Translations under genes and position numbers: made by a program
Origin: Actinomycetota bacterium
GTDB taxonomy: Bacteria; Actinomycetota; Acidimicrobiia; Acidimicrobiales; Aldehydirespiratoraceae
Direction: 5' to 3'
Length of the DNA: 53,478 nt
NCBI GenBank assembly: GCA_009937405.1
Contig: JAACCU010000113.1
Location: forward strand, 1 to 53,478
The notes under the pieces: model-generated
Databases searched by the model: none
The model's input: the letters and a program-made list of their open reading frames with translations, nothing else
What the model was told of the DNA's origin: nothing
Shown here: one piece after another, positions 10,136 through 18,857 of the stretch
Position numbering within the stretch: position 1 is the stretch's first letter
Layout: each line of letters starts with the position of its first letter

Positions 10136-10909
10136 GTGCCAATCACATCCACCTCATCTGACGAAGAGATCATCGAGATCGTCGTCGATTGCCCTCCGGT
10201 GAATGCCCTCACAGTGGCTGAGTGGTTTGAGCTCGCTGACCAGATCACGGCGGCTGGGGCCGAGGCCTCGACCCGCGTTGTTGTCTTGCGGGCCGAAGGC
10301 AAAGGCTTCAACGCGGGCGTCGACATCAAGGAAATGCAGAACACCTCGGGGTTCGATGCCCTCATCGGCGCCAACAAGGCCTGCTTTGCGGCCTTCGCCG
10401 CCGTCTACGACTGCGCGGTACCCGTGATTACCGCCGTTAACGGATTCTGCGTGGGCGGGGGAATTGGTCTTGCCGGTAACAGCGATGTGATCGTGGCGAG
10501 CGACGACGCATACTTCGGTCTGCCAGAGGTCGATCGCGGCGCTCTCGGCGCGGCAACGCACCTCGCCCGCATGGTTCCGCAGCACAAGATGCGGCAGATG
10601 GTCTACACCTCGGCCACCGCATCGGCCCACGAACTCCACCAGTGGGGGAGCGTTCTCTCGGTCGTTCCCCGTGACGAACTGCGAGCAACGGCACTCGAGG
10701 TTGCCTCCTTGATTGCAGCGAAGTCTCCGGTGGTGATTCGGGCCGCAAAAGAGAGCCTGAATGGAATCGACCTCTGGGATGTGAAGCGCAGCTACCGGTT
10801 CGAACAGGGCTTTACCTATGAGCTGAATTTGTCGGGCGTGAGCGACGAGTTACGCGACAACTTCGCCGGCACTGACAAGGCGTCTTCGGGCGACGAGGAT
10901 CCGTCATGA
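10136..10909 (+). CDS. enoyl-CoA hydratase/isomerase (crotonase) family, EchA20-like by position
   Basis: GKGFNAGVDIKEM and GFCVGGGIGLAGNSD...FGLPEVDRG. It is the first gene of a block in the echA20-ipdA-ipdB-ipdC order. Confidence 0.8.
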   Translation: MPITSTSSDEEIIEIVVDCPPVNALTVAEWFELADQITAAGAEASTRVVVLRAEGKGFNAGVDIKEMQNTSGFDALIGANKACFAAFAAVYDCAVPVITAVNGFCVGGGIGLAGNSDVIVASDDAYFGLPEVDRGALGAATHLARMVPQHKMRQMVYTSATASAHELHQWGSVLSVVPRDELRATALEVASLIAAKSPVVIRAAKESLNGIDLWDVKRSYRFEQGFTYELNLSGVSDELRDNFAGTDKASSGDEDPS

Positions 10910-11760
10910 CAAAGCTGATGACTGAAGACGAGGCGGTTGCCACGCTCGAATCGGGGATGACCCTTGGCATCGGTGGATGGGGAAGTCGGCGCAAACCGAT
11001 GAGTCTCGTCAGAGCCCTGCTGCGAAGCGATATCACTGATCTGACGGTGGTGACCTATGGCGGACCAGATGTTGGCCTCCTCGCCGCCGCAGGGAAGATC
11101 CGCAAGCTGGTATACGGCTTCGTCACGCTCGACTCGATTGCGCTCGAACCGCACTTCCGAGCAGCGCGTCAGCAAGGCACGATCCCTGAGTTAGTTGAGT
11201 ACGACGAAGGAATGTTGCAATGGGGGCTCTACGCCGGATCCCTGCGATTGCCGTTCCTTCCGACGCGCGCCGGCCTCGGCAGCGGTGTCATGGACGTGAA
11301 TCCAAACCTTCGCACGGTGGCGTCTCCCTACGCCGACGGGGAAGAGTTGCTTGCCGTTCCCGCCGTCCGCCTCGACGCGGCATTCGTGCACATGAACCGT
11401 GCTGATGCTCGTGGCAACGCCCAGTTCCTTGGACCTGACATCTATTTCGACGACCTCTACCTGGGGGCGTGCGAGACCGGCCGGCGTTTCGTGTCGTGTG
11501 AACGGGTGGTGCCGACCGCAAACCTGCTCGACGAAGGCACGTTCCACACCTTGCGGATCAACCGGTCGATGGTCGACGGCGTCATCGAGTCGCCCAACGG
11601 TGCCCATTTCACCTCGTGTGAACCCGACTACGACCGCGACGAAGGGTTCCAGACCGAGTACGCCACTGCGGCGCGTGACCCAGAAATCTGGGAGTCGTTC
11701 GTTGAAAAGTATCTGTCGGGTTCAGAAGCCGACTACCAGGAGGCCGTCAATGCCCGCTGA
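10906..11760 (+). CDS. ipdA: CoA-transferase alpha-subunit-like protein, IpdA-like
   Basis: GMTLGIGGWGSRRKPMSLVRALLRSDITDLTVVTYGGPDVGLL closely matches my recollection of the mycobacterial IpdA N-terminus. ATGA overlap with the upstream gene. Confidence 0.75.
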   Translation: MTKLMTEDEAVATLESGMTLGIGGWGSRRKPMSLVRALLRSDITDLTVVTYGGPDVGLLAAAGKIRKLVYGFVTLDSIALEPHFRAARQQGTIPELVEYDEGMLQWGLYAGSLRLPFLPTRAGLGSGVMDVNPNLRTVASPYADGEELLAVPAVRLDAAFVHMNRADARGNAQFLGPDIYFDDLYLGACETGRRFVSCERVVPTANLLDEGTFHTLRINRSMVDGVIESPNGAHFTSCEPDYDRDEGFQTEYATAARDPEIWESFVEKYLSGSEADYQEAVNAR

Positions 11761-12529
11761 CACCGATGGCCTGGCAAACGCCGAACGCCTGGCGAACACT
11801 GTCGCTGTTGCCTGTGCTGAGGCCTTCAGGGATGACGGTGAGATCTTCGGGTCCGGCATGGGCACGCTCCCGATGCTCGGTGCCCGCCTTGCCCGAGCCA
11901 CGTTCGAGCCCGACCTGATGGTTAGCGACGGTGTGGCATTTTATGTCGACGGCGATCTGCCGATCGGTGGAACAGACAAGGTCGTCGAAGGGTGGATTCC
12001 CTTTCGCTCAGTGTTCGACACCGTGTGGGGTGGACGCCGTCACGTGATGATGGGCGCCAGCCAAATCGATCGATACGGCAACACGAACATCTCCAACATC
12101 GGTGAGTGGAAGAAGCCCAAGGCGCAGCTTCTCGGAGTGCGCGGAGGGCCGGGCAACACCATCAATCATGCGGTGAGTTTCTTCATCCCCCGTCACACGA
12201 GTCGAGTGTTCGTCGAGGGCGTCGATATGGCTAGCGGCATCGGCTATGACCGCGCTGCCCAGCTGAGCGATTGGGTGCAGGAGAATCATTGCATTCCCCG
12301 GGTCATCACCAATCTTGCCGTGCTCGACTTTGACACGGCGGACAATCGGATGCGCCTCCAGTCGGTGCACCCCGGTGTCAGCATTGATGAGGTCGCGGAT
12401 AACACCGGCTTTGGGCTCGTCGTGCCCGACGATGTCCCGACATCGCGGGTCGCCACCCACGAGGAGCTTGCAATGCTCGATCATCTGGATCCGCAGGGTC
12501 AGCGGTATCGGGAAGTTCCCGACGCGTGA
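11750..12529 (+). CDS. ipdB: CoA-transferase beta-subunit-like protein, IpdB-like
   Basis: ATG 11750 has AGGAGG 6 nt upstream and overlaps the ipdA end by 11 nt. The longer ORF-track start (11399) lies out of frame inside ipdA. About 259 aa, a partner-subunit size. Confidence 0.7.
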   Translation: MPADTDGLANAERLANTVAVACAEAFRDDGEIFGSGMGTLPMLGARLARATFEPDLMVSDGVAFYVDGDLPIGGTDKVVEGWIPFRSVFDTVWGGRRHVMMGASQIDRYGNTNISNIGEWKKPKAQLLGVRGGPGNTINHAVSFFIPRHTSRVFVEGVDMASGIGYDRAAQLSDWVQENHCIPRVITNLAVLDFDTADNRMRLQSVHPGVSIDEVADNTGFGLVVPDDVPTSRVATHEELAMLDHLDPQGQRYREVPDA

Positions 12530-13587
12530 ATCCGCGCCTGCACACATCGTTTTGCGAGCTGGTCGGCGTCGAGATGCCGATCGTGCAGACGGGTATGGGA
12601 TGGGTGGCCGGGCCGTCGTTGGTTTCTGCTTCGGCGAACGCTGGTGCTCTGGGAATTCTGGCCAGCGCAACGATGGATTTCGCGCAGCTCCGCGAGTCGG
12701 TCGCTGAGGTCAAGGCCAGCACCGACCGGCCGTTCGGTGTCAACCTTCGAGCCGATTCGGCGGACGTAGCCGACCGGGTCATGTTGCTCATCGACGAAGA
12801 CGTCCGAGTCGCAAGCTTCGCTCAGGCTCCCAAACAAAATCTCATCGACCAATTGCGCGAGGCCGGGGTGCTTGTCATTCCTTCGATTGGCGCCAAGCGT
12901 CATGCCGAGAAGGTTCTCGACTGGGGGGTTGATGCTGTGCTCGTGCAGGGCGGTGAGGGAGGCGGGCACACCGGCTCCGTGCCGACATCGATTCTGCTCC
13001 CGCAGGTCGTCGACGCCGTTGGGGGCAAGGTTCCCGTGATCGCCGCCGGCGGTTTTTATGACGGTCGCGGCTTGGTTGCTGCGCTGGCCTACGGGGCGGA
13101 CGCCATTGCCATGGGCACACGATTCTTGCTCACCTCAGACTCATCGGTACCTGATGAGGTCAAGCAGCTCTATCTCGGACGTGGGGTCACCGATACTGTC
13201 GTGACGACTCGGGTCGATGGTGTCCCGCACCGTGTCCTTCGCACCGAGCTTGTCGAGCAGCTTGAGTCTGCGAGCAACAGGTTGATCTCGCTGCCCAAGG
13301 CGCTGGTGAATGCCCAGCGATTCAAGGCCATGACCGGGGTCCGCTATCGAGACATGTGGCGCGAAGGAAATGCCATGCGGCGAGCGATGGATTTGTCGTG
13401 GACCCAAATGATCATGGCCGCGAATACGCCGATGCTTCTCAAAGCTGGGTTGGTTGACGGCAACACCGAATCAGGTGTTTTGGCCAGCGGTCAGGTTGTG
13501 GGCGTGCTCGATGATCTCCCCAGCTGTGACGAACTCGTCGCTCGGATCATGGGTGAGGCCGAGGCAACGCTTGCGAGGCTGACGTGA
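12526..13587 (+). CDS. ipdC: nitronate monooxygenase/2-nitropropane dioxygenase-family FMN enzyme, IpdC-like by position
   Basis: VQTGMGWVAGPSLVSASANAGALGILA and GGEGGGHTG. GTGA overlap with the upstream gene. Confidence 0.65.
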   Translation: MNPRLHTSFCELVGVEMPIVQTGMGWVAGPSLVSASANAGALGILASATMDFAQLRESVAEVKASTDRPFGVNLRADSADVADRVMLLIDEDVRVASFAQAPKQNLIDQLREAGVLVIPSIGAKRHAEKVLDWGVDAVLVQGGEGGGHTGSVPTSILLPQVVDAVGGKVPVIAAGGFYDGRGLVAALAYGADAIAMGTRFLLTSDSSVPDEVKQLYLGRGVTDTVVTTRVDGVPHRVLRTELVEQLESASNRLISLPKALVNAQRFKAMTGVRYRDMWREGNAMRRAMDLSWTQMIMAANTPMLLKAGLVDGNTESGVLASGQVVGVLDDLPSCDELVARIMGEAEATLARLT

Positions 13588-14042
13588 CCACGATTCTCGA
13601 CGGGGCTGCCGCCGTATATGGCGCTGAGGGGGCACATCTTGGCTACAGCGAATGGCTTGCCCTTGACCAGGCCCGGATAGATCTCTTCGCCGAGGCGACC
13701 GGAGACGATCAATGGATCCACGTCGACCCCGAACGGGCAGCCGCTGGCCCCTTTGGTGCAACGATCGCGCATGGATATCTCACGCTCTCTCTGTCCAACT
13801 ACTTTCTGCCCCAGATTGTTGATGTGCAAGGCTTTGACATGGGCATCAACTACGGGCTCGACAAGGTGCGCTTCCCTTCCCCTGTCCCGGTGGGTTCGCT
13901 GGTGCGGGCGGGAGCCCGGCTCCTGACTGTCTCTGAGATTCCTGGCGGTGTGCAGACGGTCATGGAAGTCACAATGGAGATCAAGGGCGGCTCAAAGCCC
14001 GCCTGCGTCATCCACGCCATCTCTCGGTTTCTCAACGACTGA
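13584..14042 (+). CDS. MaoC-like (R)-specific enoyl-CoA hydratase, hotdog fold
   Basis: GDDQWIHVDPERAAAGPFGATIAHGYLTLSL (hydratase-2-type motif). GTGA overlap with the upstream gene. Confidence 0.8.
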   Translation: MTTILDGAAAVYGAEGAHLGYSEWLALDQARIDLFAEATGDDQWIHVDPERAAAGPFGATIAHGYLTLSLSNYFLPQIVDVQGFDMGINYGLDKVRFPSPVPVGSLVRAGARLLTVSEIPGGVQTVMEVTMEIKGGSKPACVIHAISRFLND

Positions 14043-14053
14043 CCATCGTGTTG

Positions 14054-14102
14054 GTTGATTGTGCCGGTCTGAGGTGGGGGGTTAGTTGATTGTGCCGGCC
14101 TG
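14054..14102. repeat. short direct repeat duplicating the 3' end of the CoA-transferase gene
   Basis: GTTGATTGTGCCGG(T/C)CTG occurs at 14054..14071 and 14085..14102, offset 31 nt. The second copy encodes the last residues (QAGTIN-stop) of the minus-strand gene. The first copy is intergenic. Confidence 0.6.
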
Positions 14103-15329
14103 GCGCAGGGCGTCGATCTGGTCAGCGGGTAGCCCAAGTTCGGCGGCAAGGACCTCGTCGGTGTGCTCGCCGTGCCAGGGCATCCGGGTATCTGGACCGT
14201 CGGCCATACCGCTGATTTTTACCGGATTGCCGGGTACGAGCACGGGGTCACCGGCCCCGTCGGTGCGGGGGATCTCAACCAGCATGTTTCGGGCGGCCAC
14301 GTGTGGATCGTTGATCACCTGAGGAGCGTTGAGCGCAGGGCCAGCGGCGATGCCGGCGGCGGCGAGCGCGTGACATGCCTCGATGTTGGTCATCGAGCCA
14401 GCCCAGCCATTGACGGCCAAACGAATCGTTTCGATGTGTGTACGCCAACCGGCTCGAGTGCTGAACCGCTCATCGGTCGTCCATTCCCGTTTACCCAGTA
14501 GTTCGGCGAGGCGAGCGAATTCGTGTTCGCGGCCACATTGCACAATGAACCAGCCGTCGCTCGCTTCGAAGCCGTCGAGAATCATCGGCAAACCTGTGCC
14601 GGGTTCGGGCCGTACATCCATCGACCAAAAGTTCGTTACCACATCGGCGAACGACACCATCGAGTCGAACATGGCGATATCGACGTATTGGGCTTCGCCG
14701 GTTGCATCGCGCTGGCGAAGCGCGGCGAGCACGCCGACGACGCCGAACAGGGCCGTGCCGATATCGCCGAGGGCGCCCACCGGTGACACCATCGGCGGCT
14801 GATCGGCTTGGCGTTTCCAGTCGTACAGGCCGCTCATGGCTTCGGCCACCGCCGCATAGGCCGGCCAACTGTCGTAGGGCGACTCGATGGTGTTTCCGAA
14901 ACCACTGATGGAGAGATAGACGACGTTGGGGTGCGCGGTCCGTACATCTTCGTATCCGAGCCCCATCCGGGCCAGTGAGCCCGCCTTGAAGTTTTCGGCC
15001 ACGATGTCGAATTTGGGGGCCAGGTCGAGGACGAGTCGTCGACCCGCATCGGCCTTCACGTCGATGCCGATCGACCGCTTGTTGAGGTTGTTGCGAAGGA
15101 ACGTGGCGCCCACCGGGCGCCCGTCGGGGTCGCTTATTGCGGGCTGAGAACCTCGGCCAAGGTCGCCGAATTTTGGGTGCTCGATCTTGACTACCTCGGC
15201 CCCGAGTCGTGCGAGCAACTGGGTGGCGAACGGCAGGGCCTGCATTTGCTCGAGAGCAAGCACCCGGATGCCGTCCAGCGGCTTGCCGACCCCGGCTGCT
15301 TGTTCGTTGGCGGTGTCGCCGAGCCTCAC
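14082..15329 (-). CDS. family III (CaiB/BaiF-type) CoA-transferase
   Basis: LDGIRVLALEQMQALPFATQLLARLGAEVVKIEHP and SISGFGNT. GTG start with GAGGAG upstream. Confidence 0.85.
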   Translation of the reverse strand: MRLGDTANEQAAGVGKPLDGIRVLALEQMQALPFATQLLARLGAEVVKIEHPKFGDLGRGSQPAISDPDGRPVGATFLRNNLNKRSIGIDVKADAGRRLVLDLAPKFDIVAENFKAGSLARMGLGYEDVRTAHPNVVYLSISGFGNTIESPYDSWPAYAAVAEAMSGLYDWKRQADQPPMVSPVGALGDIGTALFGVVGVLAALRQRDATGEAQYVDIAMFDSMVSFADVVTNFWSMDVRPEPGTGLPMILDGFEASDGWFIVQCGREHEFARLAELLGKREWTTDERFSTRAGWRTHIETIRLAVNGWAGSMTNIEACHALAAAGIAAGPALNAPQVINDPHVAARNMLVEIPRTDGAGDPVLVPGNPVKISGMADGPDTRMPWHGEHTDEVLAAELGLPADQIDALRQAGTIN

Positions 15330-15377
15330 TCGATCTCCTCTGATCTAGCTGCAACCGTAACCGACGAGCCTGCCACT

Positions 15378-15396
15378 ATCTGACGCTGCGTCAGAT
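15378..15396. promoter_or_regulatory. palindromic operator-like site 5 of 13
   Basis: ATCTGACGC-T-GCGTCAGAT, with perfect 9-bp arms (core 15379..15395). It lies 18 nt upstream of ATG 15414. Confidence 0.85.
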
Positions 15397-15413
15397 TCTG
15401 TAGGCTTGCCATA

Positions 15414-16814
15414 ATGCGAGGAATAACGGCGTGGGCCACATATCTCCCCTTTCGTCGTCTCGACCGCGGCGATATTGCCGCCGTCGCGGGCTAAGGTGGT
15501 GGTCGCGGCACTCGCACGGTCGCCAGCTTTGATGAAGACCCCACCACGATGGCCGTTGAGGCCGGTCGGCGGGCGACGCGGTCGCTCGGTATTCACCCCG
15601 ATCTCTTGCTGTTCGGTTCGGTGAATCCGGCCTACGCGGACAAGACGAACGCGACGGCAATTCACGCCGCGCTCCGGCTCGACGAGAGTTGTGGTGCATT
15701 CGATCTCGGGTTGTCACCGCGATCTGCGCTGGCCGGGGTGCTGCTGGCGGCACAAGGTGCCGGCTCCGCGCTCATCGTATCTGGCGACATACGCACCGGT
15801 CTTGCCGGATCTGTCGCCGAATCGGCAGGCGGTGACGCCGGTGCTGCGATCGTGATCGGTGACGATTCACCCGAGGCCCCAGTCCTCGCTGAGATCATTG
15901 GAACATCGAGCCGTACCGCCGAGTTCGTTGACCGTTGGCGAACCCCAGGCGAACCTCACTCCAAGGTGTGGGACGAAGCGTTTGCCCAGACCAGGTACAT
16001 GCCTCTTGGGTCAGAGGCGTTCCACGCGGCGCTCGTTGATGCTGGGGTCGAGGCCGACCAGGTTGCGGCCGTCGCCATCAGCGCTCCAACGCCGCGGATC
16101 TCCGCCGCAGTGGCAAAAAATATCGGTCTCTCAAATGTTGTCGACGACTTCTCACAAACAGTTGGTCAGTGTGGGGCCGCCCAGCCGGGTCTGATGCTCG
16201 CGCACCTGCTCGAATCGGCGTCGCCGCGCGACATTGTGGTGCTGGTGTCGTTGAGCGACGGTGCCGATGTGATCGTGATGCGAACGACCGAGGCAATCGC
16301 CGCTGACCGACACGCCCCAACCGTGACCGACCAAGCCGCCGGTGGCGCACCGGTGAGCTACGGCAAGTTTTTGTCATGGCGAGGCACGCTCCAAGTCGAC
16401 CCGCCCCGCCGCCCTGAGCCCCAGCGAGTGTCGGCCACTGCCGTCGCCCGCAGCACCGACTGGAAGTTCGGGTTCGTTGCCAGCGTGGACCCCGAAACCG
16501 GGAGCGTTCATCTGCCCCCACTGCGCGTGTCCGCCGATGGTGAACGAACCGATGCCATGGGGCAACGGCCGATGGCCGATGTGTCTGCCACGATCGCCAC
16601 GTTCACGATTGACCGAGTGGCGTTCTCGCCGAGTCCGCCGATTGTGTTTGCGGTGGTGGACTTCGATGGGGGTGGGCGTCTACCGCTTGAAGTGTGTGAC
16701 TGTGACGAGAGCGAGGTCGAGATCGGTCAACGGGTCGAAATGACCTTCCGTCTGCTCCACACGGTCGACGGCATTCCCAACTACTTCTGGAAGGCACGGT
16801 TGCAGCGTGGGTAG
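15414..16814 (+). pseudogene. HMG-CoA-synthase-like thiolase-fold domain fused to a DUF35-type OB-fold domain, interrupted by in-frame TAA at 15492..15494
   Basis: ATG 15414 is in frame with ORF 15549..16814. The translation reads MRGITAWATYLPFRRLDRGDIAAVAG-stop-GGGRGTRTVASFDEDPTTMAVEA, a conserved family N-terminus broken by one stop. The C-terminal ~130 aa look like a DUF35 OB-fold. This could instead be a sequencing error or a restart at 15549. Confidence 0.55.
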
Positions 16815-18006
16815 TCACGGCATCAAGGATCAGATCGCCATCATTGGCATGGGGTGCACTCGGTTTGTCGAGCAGTGGGACAAGGGACTCGATGACCTCA
16901 TCATCAGCGCCGCCGACGCCGCCTACGCCTCGGCCGGGATCGACAAAGCCGATGTCGACGCGTATTGGTTTGGTACAGCACAGGGAGGCATGAGCGGCAT
17001 CACCATGGCACGTCCGTTGCAGCTCCAAAACAAGCCTGTGACACGGGTCGAGAACTATTGCGCCACCGGATCCGAAGCCCTGCGTCAGGCGGCCTACGCC
17101 GTGGCCAGCGGCGCCTACGACATTGCTATGGCGCTCGGTGCAGAGAAGACGAAGGATTCGGGATTCCAGGGCCTGAACGCAACCCCACCGCCCAACGACG
17201 GCACCGGTCGCACACTCACCGCCGCCGCCATGTTTTCGATGGTCTCGCCGGCCTACGGCCAAAAGTACGACGTGAGCAGTGATGAGATGCGTCAGGCAAC
17301 GGCGCATGTCGCGCAGAAGAACCACGCCAACGGCGCTCGTAATCCGTTGGCCCAGTTTCAACGTGAGGTCACACTCGACACGATCTGTGGCTCGCCCCCG
17401 ATCGCCGGTGATCTGGGCGTCTTTGATTGTGCCGGCGTCGCCGACGGTGCCGCGGCAGTGATCATCTGTCGGGCCGAAGATGCCCACAAGTACTGCGACG
17501 ACCCCCTCTACATCAAGGCGTTGTCGTTCGTAGCGGGAAACGGCTCTGGCCTCACCGATCCCGACTATGACTACACGACCTTCCCGGAGATCGCGGCGTG
17601 TGCGATCGATGCCTACGATCAAGCCAAAATTACCAACCCAAGCGCGGAGATCGCCATGGCTGAAGTGCACGATTGCTTCACCATCACCGAGATCGTCCTG
17701 ATGGAAGATCTGCAGTTCTCCGAACGCGGTCATGCGTGGCGAGAGATGCTTGACGGGCGGTTCGATCGGCAGGGGGACATGCCCGTGAATGTCGATGGCG
17801 GGCTGAAGTCGTTTGGCCATCCGGTCGGGGCTTCTGGTTTACGGATGCTCTATGAGGCTTGGCTACAGCTGCGCGGCAAAGCAGGTGACGAGCGACAAAT
17901 CGAGACGGTAAATTCTGAACGAAACCTGGCCCTCACGCACAACTTGGGTGGCTACCCGGGCGAGATGGTCAGCTTCATCGCCATCGTTGGCACCGAACTG
18001 GACTAG
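16807..18006 (+). CDS. SCP2/Ltp-type thiolase (catalytic Cys present)
   Basis: QIAIIGMGCTRF, VENYCATGSEAL, and C-terminal GGLKSFGHPVGASG. It overlaps the upstream stop by 8 nt. Confidence 0.85.
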   Translation: MGSHGIKDQIAIIGMGCTRFVEQWDKGLDDLIISAADAAYASAGIDKADVDAYWFGTAQGGMSGITMARPLQLQNKPVTRVENYCATGSEALRQAAYAVASGAYDIAMALGAEKTKDSGFQGLNATPPPNDGTGRTLTAAAMFSMVSPAYGQKYDVSSDEMRQATAHVAQKNHANGARNPLAQFQREVTLDTICGSPPIAGDLGVFDCAGVADGAAAVIICRAEDAHKYCDDPLYIKALSFVAGNGSGLTDPDYDYTTFPEIAACAIDAYDQAKITNPSAEIAMAEVHDCFTITEIVLMEDLQFSERGHAWREMLDGRFDRQGDMPVNVDGGLKSFGHPVGASGLRMLYEAWLQLRGKAGDERQIETVNSERNLALTHNLGGYPGEMVSFIAIVGTELD

Positions 18007-18023
18007 ATCCGGTTCGCTCGACC

Positions 18024-18851
18024 TCAGAGGTATTCGGCGAACCCATCGAGGAGTGCCAGTACCTCATCGCGGGGCCGTGAATCGACGTTGAGCACAACCT
18101 CGGTGCAGCCAAGTTCGGCGTATTGATCGAGCATCTCGCGGTTTGGAATCGTGCCGAAGGGGACGACATCGGGGGAACCGTCGCGGCCAGCGGCCGCCCA
18201 CGCTTCCTGCAAGAGCGGGAGTGATCTGCGCACCCCGCCACCACCGATGGGCAGCCAGCCGTCAGCAAACTCGGCGACATGGGCGAAGAGCCTTGGACCA
18301 GCCCCACCCCCCACATAGGTGGGAATGCGTGGTTGCTGCACGGGCTTTGGCCAACTGAAGCTGGACTCAAAACTCACGAACTCTCCGTGGAAGGAAGCCT
18401 CTTCCTTTGCCCACAATGCTTGCATGGCGAGGACGTGTTCGCGGGCCTGGGCCCGGCGGGTGGCGTACTCAACGCCGTGACTGTTCATCTCCTCGACGTT
18501 CCACCCATAGCCGACCCCGAACTTGGTGCGCCCGCCGCTCAGTTGATCGAGCGAGGCCCACACCTTGGCGAAGCTGATGGGATCGTGTTGGGCGGCGAGA
18601 GAAATGCCCGAGGCGAGCACGAGGGTGTTGGTTGCCGCGGCGCAGGCGGCGAGCACGGTTGGTGGGTCCATGGCGCGGTAGTACTGCTCGGGAAGGTCGA
18701 TGCCGCCAGGGAATGGAGTGACCCGACTGGTAGGGATATGGGTGTGCTCGGGCAGCCAGAGCGATGAAAATCCTCGCGCCTCGGCTTCCACCGCCAACTC
18801 CACAGGGTTGATCGCCTTGTCGGTGGCGAACATTGTCAGGCCAAGTTTCAT
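18024..18851 (-). CDS. luciferase-like monooxygenase (LLM) family oxidoreductase
   Basis: MKLGLTMFATDKAINPVELAVEAEARGFSSLWLPEHTHIP and GGRTKFGVGYGW. The cofactor (F420 versus FMN) cannot be determined from sequence by eye. Confidence 0.8.
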   Translation of the reverse strand: MKLGLTMFATDKAINPVELAVEAEARGFSSLWLPEHTHIPTSRVTPFPGGIDLPEQYYRAMDPPTVLAACAAATNTLVLASGISLAAQHDPISFAKVWASLDQLSGGRTKFGVGYGWNVEEMNSHGVEYATRRAQAREHVLAMQALWAKEEASFHGEFVSFESSFSWPKPVQQPRIPTYVGGGAGPRLFAHVAEFADGWLPIGGGGVRRSLPLLQEAWAAAGRDGSPDVVPFGTIPNREMLDQYAELGCTEVVLNVDSRPRDEVLALLDGFAEYL

Positions 18852-18857
18852 GGGGTC

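Noticed and set aside
10156-10163. Isolated half-sites ATCTGACG inside coding DNA (10156..10163 and 36825..36832), plus CGTCAGA-type halves near 28244 and 41317.
   Set aside because: There is no matching second arm at the 7-nt spacing. I counted them as chance or relic half-sites, not operators. A PWM scan should re-evaluate them.
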